NCBI GenBank assembly: GCA_964106645.2
Contig: OZ067038.1
From: Podarcis pityusensis
Taxonomy: Eukaryota
Direction: 5' to 3' (one strand)
DNA length: 64,000 nucleotides
Part shown: in pieces, positions 27,611-38,726 of the stretch
How positions within the stretch are numbered: the first letter of the stretch is position 1
Layout: each line of letters begins with the position of its first letter
The notes under the pieces: model-generated
Seen by the model: the letters and a program-made list of their open reading frames with translations, nothing else
Database searches by the model: none
Told to the model about the DNA's origin: nothing
Made by a program: the position numbers and the translations under genes

Positions 27611-29377
27611 CAGTCTTTACATATCCATTCAGGTTTTCGTTAATTATTGAATTTCAAGTTCCAACAGAGCCTAAATTGAACTAGTCTTTAAATTATCATT
27701 TCCTCTTAAGTAGGGTGGCTTAAGCCTAATTAAAATTCATATCCTTCCCCATTTGGGAGAAATGACCTGAATTTGAAAGAATATCAGTTTTTAAATATGA
27801 GGGTGCACCCCCAATGGAAAATAATTGACAGAGTGCCACAGTTGTGCCACTACCTGCATATGCAACCTTGGCTAACAGTCCCAAGCTCAATACTGTATGA
27901 ACAACAAAATCAAAGTGACTCAATTTCTGTTTCTTACAGCAATAGTATTATTTGGGATTTGCCTCAATGCATTCAAAAGACTTTACAAAATCACAGCAAC
28001 AATAAGGTTTTCAAGTCTGCATAAAATAGGTCTCTGCGGAAAACCAGCTGCTGTAATTCTGCTCAGGCAAATGCAATGCAAGTTTACAAGCTCCACTTTT
28101 TCATAGCATTTCTTAAAAGTGACAGTGTCTATCAGGCTTACATGTTTTGCTTTTCCACTGGGAATGAACAAAATCCTTTCACCTGCCATGTGACATGCTG
28201 CCATACTGCAGGGGCGGGCTGACTTCAGACAGGTCCACCCCTGAGTATTCTTTAGCTGTTAATCCACATTTCCCCCTTCAAATGAGACTGGCGTGGTCCA
28301 CATGCATATCTGAATGTTTGTTTCAGGAACAACCTCAGTCCTTATCATTCATACCAGTAGACATCCCTTTCTGCGCTTCCCCCTGCCTTCCAATTTGTTG
28401 ATTCTATCAGGGCTTTTATAGCGTCATACAAGGTACTTAAAAGTGAGTCACCTGACATCATTATGATGGCATGTGATTGACAGATGGGCAGCCTTACCCT
28501 CTCATCAAATTTAGCCTGCAGGGGACAGGGTGAGTAAGGATATGGCCCAGTGACTGCATGCCGTTTCCCACCCCTGCTGTGGATCATGCTTTAGGCTGTT
28601 TACACGATCTTATTACCTCATACCTATGAGTGGTGTTTCTCTGTTCTGAGGTCTGCCAGAGTCAGGCAGAGCAAACAACCTTCTGGATGGTGAGCCGCCA
28701 GCTCTCTCAAGAACTACAAGTCCTGGAGTTCTTGACCTGTTGCTCATATGCCCTGTGCAGAGATAGGAGGAACCAAGAGGGAGTGGCATTTTAGTGGCAG
28801 CAGGAGGAACAACAATCAATGAAATTAGGGGCATTAAGAACACAGGGACAGTTCTACTGATAGGATTTTGTCCATCTGTCCAGGTCAGTAAAGCTGGAGC
28901 CCGGATGACTGTTGTTACTTCAGCAACAAATCAGCTCATACTGGGAGCTGATATAGAAGCTCGAGGCTCCATCACCTGGCTCTTGGGTTAGGCCCTGATC
29001 TGAGCAGGCATTTCCTTGATTTCCCCCCTCCCAAGTAGCCTCACATACAATTAGCTTTGGCAATGACTCTAAAATGCTTACTTGGCTTCTTGTTTCCCTG
29101 GCTGCTGTGGCCCAGGGAGCTGATACAGGAACCAGAAGAGGAGCAGGGATATTCAAACCTGCTGGCTCCCCGAGGTTGTTGTCAATGTGCAGGGCTCCTG
29201 CAGCCTCCTCCTCTACTTGCTGCTCATCTGAAAGAACCTTGGGTCCAAGGTCTGGGCAAGGCTGGACCCTGACAGCTTTACAGAGCCCCAAATATATGGG
29301 AGCATAGTAGTTAGAAGTCTGGTCTTCAGAATGCATGGAATAACTGATGCTAGATCCCAGTCTTTAAGAGATTGCTT

Positions 29378-29379
<2 letters not shown>

Positions 29380-29413
<34 letters not shown>
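29380..29413. repeat. (GT)n microsatellite
   Basis: Seen directly. Confidence 0.98.
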
Positions 29414-29417
<4 letters not shown>

Positions 29418-29593
29418 CACAGATTAGGCAATCAGAAACATAAGTAGAAGTACCTAAAGATCCTAGACGCACTGATAAACTGTTTTGCCAAATGCAAGAG
29501 TTCTTTTGGATCCATTGGCAATAACAACACATGTGGAAGGAAGTTCACTGCTTAATAACACAGCATGAGCGAAATAAAACTACTTTCTCACTC

Positions 29594-30085
29594 TGTTATC
29601 AGAAGCCCAATGACAGAGACCCTCCAGCTAGCCAGCACCCTTCTGATCAGGACCTAAGTCAAAGTTCCAGGGGCCAGGCCCCATCTAAGACATTTATATA
29701 TTCTAGATACTTAGTGACCACCTGCTGGCTGGCCTAATATCTAAATTCCTCCCACCTGTTAAACTAGGGGGCCAGCATAGTTAATCAACTCTGCAACTGT
29801 ATTACTTAGCCTACAGCTGGCCCACATCCTGCTGCTACTTACCCTGGAGCACAAAGAGTAAATCATTAAAGCCAACCAAAATCCCTTGTGGGTCCCAGAG
29901 GTGCCAATAAGCAGGGAAGAAGAATCATACAAACCAGTCAACCTACCTCCTCAAAAGACAAAAGTCTTCCACAGTAGGTTTCCCCTACATTAGCCTTCCA
30001 GTTTTTCCAAATAAACAAGGCCTTTAATGGGTGGTGTTAGAAGAAAGGGGGTCTGCTACCAGTCTATACTGGGCCCAGAGTAACA
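29594..30085 (+). mobile_element. Possible old solo LTR
   Basis: TGTTA...TAACA termini with AATAAA at about 30009. No TSD is recognisable. Confidence 0.35.
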
Positions 30086-30914
30086 ATGCTTGGGCACTGG
30101 GCTGATTTCTATATGGAGAGGGATTATTAATAAAATGTATTTGACTTGTATTTAGGGGGAGGGGGAGTCTGGTTCTGGTTCTACCTTTTGCACTTTGATT
30201 CAGATACCAGAGGGTTAATATTTTGTAGTAGTAAAAAGAGGCTGATTGCACTCCTAAAACTTCTGATATTCCTATATCCAATCAAAGTGAATGGGGAAAA
30301 GGACAAGGATATTGCTAAATCAGAGAATATGGATGCTCATTTGTGTGCACTTCCTCCTTCCTCTGGGATAGGGTGGGTTCTAAGAGATACGAGGTGGCAT
30401 GCATAGCAAGATAGCATTTATATTCAGAGCCTGTGAGTTTAGACTTTGCCACTGTGAGCCTGTGCACCAAAAGAATAGGGAGGGAAATAATGCTTTGGGC
30501 TCCTTGCCATAAAAGCAGTCTCCATTTATCCCCATAACAGGCACATGATAGATAGGAGATAAGATTTTTTTTAAAGGAATCACAATTCTCTACAGCAGCC
30601 TTTAGACACATTTGCAGGCAAATCAAAAACAACATGAGAACATGAAGAAGATTAAGACACCGAAAGGCCAAAGTTTATACAACCCAGACCTTTCTTTCTG
30701 AGGACATTTTAATAGATTGTGTGGGATGGCTGGGAATCTTTATGAGTCACTATTGAATGTGCTCCACCAGATCTGTATTGCAGCCTATCATTGAAAACAC
30801 TTTGTAGTCCCCGGGCAAGTGGGGTGGACATTGGAGATTTGTCTGTGGCTTCCATTTTGTTTGATAGGTAAAACATTTTAGAAGCTGTGATGCAATCACT
30901 TTAACATTTGGCAG

Positions 30915-31286
30915 CAGTAGAGGCGTAGCTCGGGGGCAGGGGGCACTGGGTGCCACACCGCAGGGGGCAGCACTTACCGTGCCTGAGCCATGCATCTCTC
31001 CTGGGAGTGATGTGGTGGCTTGGGCGCCTGCAGGCTCTGCGCTGCCCAAAAGGGCAGTGTGGGGCTTGCGTCTGCCTGCCCCTTCTACAGCTGAAAGGGA
31101 GGCAGCAGACAGACCAGCTGCAGGCTACACACTGCTCAAAAAAGCAATGTAGACCTACAGGGTGCTGGAGCGGAATGGGGCTCAGGCACTGGGATTCTAG
31201 CATGCCCTGCCCCGCAAGTGCACCGCCCCACCCCTGGAGGGGAGCACCCCTCCCCCCGGCACGCTTAAGCGGCCAGCTACGCCGCT
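30915..31286. mobile_element. GC-rich non-autonomous DNA transposon
   Basis: Termini CAGTAGAGGCGTAGCT / AGCTACGCCGCTG; a GC-rich island in AT-rich flanks. Confidence 0.55.
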
Positions 31287-32965
31287 GGACAGCAGCAGGA
31301 GAGCTCAGGTGATGCATCACTTTAACTTAGGGGAGGGTAACTTTTCCAGTCCTTTGTGGGAAACCCTCCAGGGGCTGCATGTTAAGGTAGCAGTAGATAA
31401 GGGAGTTGAGACCGGAGGCAAAGTTGGGCAGTGCAAAGGATTGCAGCTTCTATTTTTGTACAGTAGACTACAATCCAACCAGGCAAAAGTCTGGTTTCTA
31501 CACATACAAACAGACCTTTCCATCCACCATTCTTGGGAGTTGGAAGCTGGGCTGGCAATTGCTGCCATATTTCTCTACCTATCTGCCAAGATGAACCCTT
31601 TTCTCAGCTTGTGTATTGAAGGGAAGGCATGCTTAACAAGATGGATGACCACAGTGATTTGCTGATCTTAAAGTGACAGGCTAGAGTAGATCGGACGTGT
31701 GCCACACCCTCCAGATATTGATGGACTATAACTCCCGTTATCCAAGACTCATGGAGGCAGAGGCTGATGGAAGCTGGAGTTCAAGAAGGTCTGGAGGCCA
31801 CCATTTGCGTATTGCAACTATCTACATTTACCTGGGAGTAAATTGGACACAATGTGACTTACTCCGGAATAAATTGCACTGTGAGTATAGTTATGAAGGT
31901 GACAGTTCATGCCAACAATTACCCATCCTATAACCTGAGGCTTGGTGCTTAATGAAAGACTAAAGGGTGGAAGGGGCTCAAGCGTAGCTGTATATACTAT
32001 TTGAGGTTCATCCTCCACCTAGTAGGCACAGGAGGTATCGGAAATTTGAGCACCAGATACTGTAAGTGAACTTCCTCATTTACCTTAAAGGAATGTTAAT
32101 TTCAGAGCTCTCCTGGGGCCATTAAAATGCTGGTATTGTTGAAGTGTTGAGCCAAAAAGGGGGGGAGGGGAAAAACCTAATGTGTGTCATTGAAAACACA
32201 ATTATAAAGGACAGCTGTGTGCACCTGGGTTTTTGACCCTGAAGAGCTTTGCAAAATGAAATGCCACAAAACCAGAAGCATCCCATGACAGCTTAATGGA
32301 ATGGAGGCAAACAAAGCCCACATATGATGGATTTTGAATTGCTGCTACAAATGGAGCATTACGGGACATCGCTCCAATTAATGAGCAGTTTGGTTCATTG
32401 GCACCAACTAAAACGACTTTCAAGAGGATATTTACTTAGGGTCAAAACTCATCCCGCTAACATGCTGCTTGAGTAAATGGTCTGTGTGATAGGAAGGATG
32501 AGCGATGGGAAGGAAATGCTGTCATTTTGGCCACTCCGTGCAAGCTCCTGTGGAAATAGGGCAGCTGTGGACCATCCCAAAAAAAGGGCCTGATGACTCC
32601 TCAGTGGGTTCTGTAGGACAACTGAATAATGGCTGAAAATAGAACTCATTCGGGCATCATCTAATAATGCAGCACTTGCTCTGAGCTGTGACATGCTAAC
32701 CAAACGTTAGAAGGTGGCTTACAGTCCATCCAAAAGGCATCTGTAGGACAAAACAGAACTTCTGCTCTCCTCTTTAAGCCACTGTTGAATAAGCAGCATG
32801 CATCAGGCCTGGTGTGCCATTTTAATATCTGAAATACACTGTATATTTTGTTTGATATTCTGAGTTGGTAGTCTGGTTTTATTGTTATCCTGCCCACACA
32901 CCCACACACACCCTTTTTATTTCCCTGAGCCATTGTATAGAGGCAGGACAGAAAATGCACTAACT

Positions 32966-33733
32966 ATGGAGCCAGATATATGGAGAAACGTGACTCAAAG
33001 AAGTAGGAGGCCCAGGGTTCGCTCTGATTGTTTAGAAATACAAAATCGCTTTGAGGTCTTCTCCCCTAGCATGGAAGACGAAGAGCAGACTCCATTTGAG
33101 GATCTCTCCCTCATTACAGTCGATCAGGTATATGAAGACCAGCAGCAAAGTCAGTCCTCAGGGAATGTGCAGGCGACCTTGGAACGGACAGCTCACGGAA
33201 GAACCCCGACCAAACCTAAGAGGAGGCGTGTAGTGGTGATAGGGGATTCCCTACTGAGGGGAACAGAAGCAGTGATCTGTGGGCCTGACAAGATGTCTCG
33301 GGAAGTGTGCTGTCTCCCCGGGGCTAAGATCCAAGATGTAACTGAACGACTGCAAGGAATCATAAAACCCACTGACAAATACCCCTTCCTCTTGGTTTAT
33401 GTGGGAACCAATGACAGTGCAAGCAATAGCCTCCAGAAGATCAAAAGAGACTACGAGGCTCTGGGCAGGAAATTGAAGCAATTAAATGCACAAATTGTCA
33501 TCTCATCTGTCCTCCCAGTTGAACGACGTGGCCCAGGGAGAGAGGGGAAAATAGTGGAAGTGAACAGCTGGCTTCGCAAATGGTGTAAACAGGAACGGTT
33601 TGGATTCTTAGATCACGGACTGCAGTTTCTTGAAGATGGACTTCTGGCAAGCGATGGGCTGCACCTCACAACGGTTGGGAGAAATGTTTTTGCCAAAAAT
33701 CTCAGAAACCTCATCAGGAGGGCTTTAAACTGA
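32966..33733 (+). CDS. CR1 ORF1p, C-terminal part with SGNH/GDSL esterase domain (5'-truncated)
   Basis: Motifs [16 protein letters not shown] and DGLHL, ending in the CR1-type RALN*. The start of the tracked ORF (32882) lies in flanking DNA. Confidence 0.92.
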   Translation: MEPDIWRNVTQRSRRPRVRSDCLEIQNRFEVFSPSMEDEEQTPFEDLSLITVDQVYEDQQQSQSSGNVQATLERTAHGRTPTKPKRRRVVVIGDSLLRGTEAVICGPDKMSREVCCLPGAKIQDVTERLQGIIKPTDKYPFLLVYVGTNDSASNSLQKIKRDYEALGRKLKQLNAQIVISSVLPVERRGPGREGKIVEVNSWLRKWCKQERFGFLDHGLQFLEDGLLASDGLHLTTVGRNVFAKNLRNLIRRALN

Positions 33734-33738
33734 CTAAT

Positions 33739-36651
33739 GTGGGGGAGGGAGACAGTGCTCCTGAAGGTAGGAGTCTATCAATTGATGAAGATGATCATCC
33801 AAATGTCATAGACCAAATGGAGCAAACAGCACGCAGACCTAGTGGTGGGAGGAAAAAATCCTTAAATAAGAGACACGGGGGAATGATTAATGGACTTCAA
33901 TGTCTGTACACTAATGCGCAAAGCATGGGAAATAAACAAGATGAGCTTGAGCTCTTGGTACAACAAACAAAATATGACATAATAGGCATCACTGAAACCT
34001 GGTGGGATAAGTCCCACGATTGGAATGTAATAATGGAGGGATACACTCTATTTCAGAGAAACAGACCAGACAAGAAAGGAGGAGGTGTGGCATTATATGT
34101 CAGGGATGTGTATACCTGTGAAGAGATCCAAGATTTAGAACCTCAAAGCCAAAGTGAGAGCATTTGGGTCAAAATTAAGGGAGAGAAGAATAACAGTGAC
34201 CTCATTGTGGGAGTTTACTATAGATCCCCAAGCCAAACGGAGGACATAGATGATGCCTTCCTGGAACAGATGGCCAAGCATGCAAAAGGAAGGGAGATAG
34301 TAGTAATGGGGGACTTCAATTACCCGGATATTTGTTGGATGTCAAACTCAGCCAAGAGCATAAGGTCAAACAGATTCCTCACTGGCCTTGCAGACAACTT
34401 CATTGTCCAGAAAGTGGGAGAAGCAACAAGAGGAACAGCCATTTTAGATCTGGTCCTAACCAATGTTGATGACCTGGTTAGTGGGGTAGAAGTGGGAGGA
34501 TCATTAGGCGCGAGTGATCATGCTCTTCTGAAGTTTACTATACAGCGGAAAGGAGCAGCCAAGCATACTAGGACTCAATTTCTTGACTTTAAGAAAGCCG
34601 ACTTCATAAAACTTAGGGAAGTGCTGGGTGAGATCCCATGGACAGTAATACTAAAAGGAAAGGGAGTTCATGATGGCTGGGAGTTTGTCAAGAGGGAGAT
34701 AGTAAAAGCACAATGTCAGGCAATACCAATGAGACGGAAACATGGAAGGTGCCTAAAGAAGCCAGGGTGGCTATCTAAAGAACTTTTAACTGAGTTAAGA
34801 TTAAAAAAGGATGTGTACAAAAAATGGAAAAGGGGGGAAACCACCAAAGAGGATTTCAAACAAATAGCCAGCACGTGTAGACACAAAGTCAGAAAAGCTA
34901 AAGCACAGAATGAACTCAGGCTTGCTAGAGAGGTTAAAAGCAACAAAAAAGGCTTTTATGGGTATGTTCGTAGCAAAAGGAAGAACAAAGAAACAGTGGG
35001 GTCACTCAGAGGAGAAATGCAAACAGGGGACACAGAAAGGGCTGAACTCCTCAATGCCTTCTTTGCCTCAGTCTTCTCCGATAAAGAAAACAATGCCCGA
35101 CCTGAAGAATTTGGAGCAAATGATTCAGCAGAGGAAACACAGCCCAGAATAACTAAGGAGATAGTACAAGAATACTTGGCTAGTTTAGATGTATTCAAGT
35201 CTCCACGGCCAGATGAACTGCATCCAAGAGTATTAAAAGAACTGGCAGATGTGATCTCAGAACCACTGGCAGTCATCTTTGAGAATTCCTGGAGAACAGG
35301 CGAAGTCCTGGCAGACTGGAGGAGGGCAAATGTTGTCCCTATTTTCAAAAAGGGGAAAAGAGAGGACCCAAATAATTACCGCCCAGTCAGTCTGACATCA
35401 ATACCAGGGAAGATTCTGGAGCAGATCATTAAGCAAACAGTCTGTGAGCACCTAGAAAGGAATGCTGTGATCACCAATAGTCAGCATGGATTTCTGAAAA
35501 ATAAGTCATGTCAAACTAACCTGATCTTGTTTTTTGACGGAATTACAAGCCTGGTAGATGGAGGGAACGCAGTGGATGTAGCCTACCTTGATTTCAGCAA
35601 GGCATTTGACAAGGTGCCCCATGATATTCTTGTAAAGAAGCTGGTAAAATGCGGTCTTGACTATGCTACCACTCAGTGGATTTGTAACTGGCTGACTGAC
35701 CGAACCCAAAGGGTGCTCATCAATGGTTCCTCTTCATCCTGGAGAAGAGTGACTAGTGGGGTGCCACAGGGTTCTGTCTTGGGCCCGGTCTTATTCAACA
35801 TCTTTATCAACGACTTGGATGATGGACTCAAGGGCATCCTGATCAAATTTGCAGATGACACCAAACTGGGAGGGGTGGCTAACACCCCAGAGGACAGGAT
35901 CACACTTCAAAACGACCTTGACAGATTAGAGAACTGGGCAAAAACAAACAAGATGAATTTTAACAGGGAGAAATGTAAAGTATTGCACTTGGGCAAAAAA
36001 AATGAGAGGCACAAATACAAGATGGGTGAGACCTGGCTTGAGAGCAGTACATGTGAAAAGGATCTAGGAGTCTTGGTTGACCACAAACTTGACATGAGCC
36101 AACAGTGTGACGCGGCAGCTAAAAAAGCCAATGCAATTCTGGGCCTCATCAATAGGAGTATAGCATCTAGATCAAGGGAAGTAATAGTGCCACTGTATTC
36201 TGCTCTGGTCAGACCTCACCTGGAGTACTGTGTCCAGTTCTGGGCACCACAGTTCAAGAAGGACACTGACAAACTGGAACGTGTCCAGAGGAGGGCAACC
36301 AAAATGGTCAAAGGCCTGGAAACGATGCCTTATGAGGAACGGCTAAGGGAGCTGGGCATGTTTAGCCTGGAGAAGAGGAGGTTAAGGGGTGATATGATAG
36401 CCATGTTCAAATATATAAAAGGATGTCACATAGAGGAGGGAGAAAGGTTGTTTTCTGCTGCTCCAGAGAAGCGGACACGGAGCAATGGATCCAAACTACA
36501 AGAAAGAAGATTCCACCTAAACATTAGGAAGAACTTCCTGACAGTAAGAGCTGTTCGACAGTGGAATTTGCTGCCAAGGAGTGTGGTGGAGTCTCCTTCT
36601 TTGGAGGTCTTTAAGCAGAGGCTTGACAACCATATGTCAGGAGTGCTCTGA
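33739..36651 (+). CDS. CR1 ORF2p: APE endonuclease plus reverse transcriptase
   Basis: 970 codons without a stop. EN motifs: CLYTNA, GITETW, GVYYRSP, MGDFN, SDH. RT motifs: [32 protein letters not shown] (35848-35859). The frame is already open from 33634; first ATG at 33817. Confidence 0.97.
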   Translation: MGEGDSAPEGRSLSIDEDDHPNVIDQMEQTARRPSGGRKKSLNKRHGGMINGLQCLYTNAQSMGNKQDELELLVQQTKYDIIGITETWWDKSHDWNVIMEGYTLFQRNRPDKKGGGVALYVRDVYTCEEIQDLEPQSQSESIWVKIKGEKNNSDLIVGVYYRSPSQTEDIDDAFLEQMAKHAKGREIVVMGDFNYPDICWMSNSAKSIRSNRFLTGLADNFIVQKVGEATRGTAILDLVLTNVDDLVSGVEVGGSLGASDHALLKFTIQRKGAAKHTRTQFLDFKKADFIKLREVLGEIPWTVILKGKGVHDGWEFVKREIVKAQCQAIPMRRKHGRCLKKPGWLSKELLTELRLKKDVYKKWKRGETTKEDFKQIASTCRHKVRKAKAQNELRLAREVKSNKKGFYGYVRSKRKNKETVGSLRGEMQTGDTERAELLNAFFASVFSDKENNARPEEFGANDSAEETQPRITKEIVQEYLASLDVFKSPRPDELHPRVLKELADVISEPLAVIFENSWRTGEVLADWRRANVVPIFKKGKREDPNNYRPVSLTSIPGKILEQIIKQTVCEHLERNAVITNSQHGFLKNKSCQTNLILFFDGITSLVDGGNAVDVAYLDFSKAFDKVPHDILVKKLVKCGLDYATTQWICNWLTDRTQRVLINGSSSSWRRVTSGVPQGSVLGPVLFNIFINDLDDGLKGILIKFADDTKLGGVANTPEDRITLQNDLDRLENWAKTNKMNFNREKCKVLHLGKKNERHKYKMGETWLESSTCEKDLGVLVDHKLDMSQQCDAAAKKANAILGLINRSIASRSREVIVPLYSALVRPHLEYCVQFWAPQFKKDTDKLERVQRRATKMVKGLETMPYEERLRELGMFSLEKRRLRGDMIAMFKYIKGCHIEEGERLFSAAPEKRTRSNGSKLQERRFHLNIRKNFLTVRAVRQWNLLPRSVVESPSLEVFKQRLDNHMSGVL

Positions 36652-36780
36652 TGGTGTTTCCTGCTTGGCAGGGGGTTGGACTCGATGGCCCTTGTGGTCT
36701 CTTCCAACTCTATGATTCTATGATTCTATGATTCTATGGCCCTGTTCAAGCATTCAGATGGTGTTCAGTAAACACAGATA

Positions 36781-36961
36781 GGGAAGAGCCATAGCTCAAT
36801 GGAAGAGCATCTGCAGTGCAGGCAGAAGATCCCAGGTTCAATGCCTGACCGCCCTAAAATCCTAGAAAGCTGCTGCTGCTGCTGCTGCTCAGTGCAGACA
36901 ATGCTGAGCTAGATGAACCAATGGTCTGACTCAGTATAAAGCAGCTTCCTATGTTCCTATG
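36781..36961 (+). mobile_element. tRNA-derived SINE with LINE-derived tail
   Basis: A-box-like TAGCTCAATGG, B-box-like GGTTCAATGCC, tail GGTCTGACTCAGTATAAAGCAGCTTCCTATGTTCCTATG. Confidence 0.8.
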
Positions 36962-37045
36962 CCAGGTTCATGAGAACATCTGCAAGGAGACCCCATGCCT
37001 ATAGAAAATATAAGATTCCCAATTATGCATGCGGACAAAGCATTC

Positions 37046-37046
37046 G

Positions 37047-37090
<44 letters not shown>

Positions 37091-37103
37091 TGTTTGTGTT
37101 TGT
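37046..37103. repeat. (GT)n microsatellite with imperfect flanks
   Basis: Seen directly. Confidence 0.97.
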
Positions 37104-37329
37104 TGAACAAGCTGATAAACTGCTTCACAGCCCAAATCCGTCAAAGCGGCACACAATGGGCTGAAAATGAAATAAAATATTAAAAATACAAGAAAGCCAT
37201 TTCTATAAACTCTGAAACAATAAAGCCACTCCTACAAAGTCTAAAATCAATAATACCTTTTCTACAGATGTACAATTAATATATGGCTGGGTTGCCTTCC
37301 TAAACAAAACATCTTCAGTGGGAGGGGGC

Positions 37330-37575
37330 TAAAGGTCCTGCCTTTCTAATTGCAGCTGGTAATTGAGTCCAGAGTGCTGGAGCTGCCAAGTGCCCAATTT
37401 CTAGTACAAGCTAAAGAACACCTCTGGGGCATGTGGCACTCACAACAGGGCCTCATCTGAGGAGTGCAGCTGCTGGGCAGAGATATAGGAATGGCACAGT
37501 CTCTCAGGTAACCTGGTCCCAAGTTCTTTAAGGCTTTAAATGAGAAAAGCAAAACCTTGATCTGTGCCCAGTGGC
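37330..37575 (-). mobile_element. Decayed L2 fragment
   Basis: Minus-strand peptide HWAQIKVLLFSFKALKNLGPGYLRD. Confidence 0.7.
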
Positions 37576-38484
37576 ATACAAATGTACATACAGAAGCTCC
37601 CTGCAAATCTAATGGATGCTACCCACCTATCACTAAGCATCTTCATGGAACACATTTTGTATGCCTGAACAGTACAGTACACAGCTGTGCAGCATAATAG
37701 CTTTTCACACAAAAGGCACGCAACAGGAGATTGACAAAGGGTATTCTAAGCTGTGCCCCTCCAGATGCTGCTGGACTACACTACCCATCATCCCTTGCCA
37801 CTGGCCTCCATTACTGAGGCAAGACAACGGCCCAGCGCATCCACTGCCACATCTGCAGATGTAAAGGAGTAGAGTTGTGTGTCATCAGCATATTGCTAAG
37901 AATGGACTCCAAAACTCCAGATGGCATACAGGTGGTGACACTCCTATAGGATATTGGAACTGTAGGAGCATCCTACAAATAGCATTCTTAGGGAGGAGGG
38001 AAGAAGAGAAGGAGGATCAGTGTGTAGCACTGTTTGCCTCAGGCAGCAAAGTGTCTTGAGCTGACTCTGAATTGCCCCTTGCAAAAGATCCCTATGGGGC
38101 CATTAAAGCAGCTCTAGATCCACTGTGCAAGCACAACACTATTCTCAGGTTTTGCTGCAAGGAAGGAGCATTTTATGGGTTCATGGGAGCAAGCAAGACT
38201 GTGAGAGATTCATTTTATGGCATTATTACACCAGCTCAGTTTGAAGTGTCTGCTCCCCCAGCGACGGGAGTTACAAGCCTAGAGCAGGATGCACTTCATA
38301 GAAGAAGTACCTACTATTTTGTTGGGGTTTGGTGCTGATGTAGCACGTTCTGTGCAACAATTGATGTCTCCTCCCTTCCCACCACTTTCTGTGCTGGTAT
38401 TTTTAATACGTTTGGGCTAATAACAAAATTCAGTTGACATTTTGCTTAGAGGTGTTTGTACACCTGACTGCTGGCATTTCAATA

Positions 38485-38726
38485 CAATGGTACCTAGGGT
38501 TACAGACGCTTCAGGTTACAGACGCTTCAGGTTACAGACTCCACTAACCCAGAAATAGTACCTCGGGTTAAGAACTTTGCTTCAGGATGAGAACAGAAAT
38601 TGTGCGGCAGCGGCGTGGCAGCAGTGGGAGGCCCCATTAGCTAAAGTGGTACCTCAGGTTAAGAACAGTTTCAGGTTAAGAACGGACCTCCAGAACGAAT
38701 TAAGTTCTTAACCCGAGGTACCACTG
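38485..38726. mobile_element. Tc1/mariner (Tigger-like) MITE
   Basis: TA|CAATGGTACCT ... GAGGTACCACTG|TA with internal TCAGGTTA repeats. Confidence 0.92.

Larger units (their letters stand above)
32945..36738 (+). mobile_element. CR1-clade LINE, young, 5'-truncated within ORF1
   Basis: Esterase ORF1 followed by EN/RT ORF2, a short 3'UTR with a TTGGA...TCCAA hairpin and an (ATTCTATG)n tail at 36707-36738. The 5' boundary is approximate and no clear TSD was found. Confidence 0.97.

Noticed and set aside
34716-36707. Several minus-strand and alternate-frame ORFs inside the CR1
   Set aside because: Shadow ORFs of the ORF2 coding sequence.
36781-36850. tRNA gene
   Set aside because: Degenerate cloverleaf continuing into a SINE body and tail; the same applies at 53330, 56300 and 59315.
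38495-38720. Regularly spaced TCAGGTTA repeats as a CRISPR-like array
   Set aside because: Internal repeats of a multi-copy eukaryotic MITE, with no unique spacers and no cas genes.
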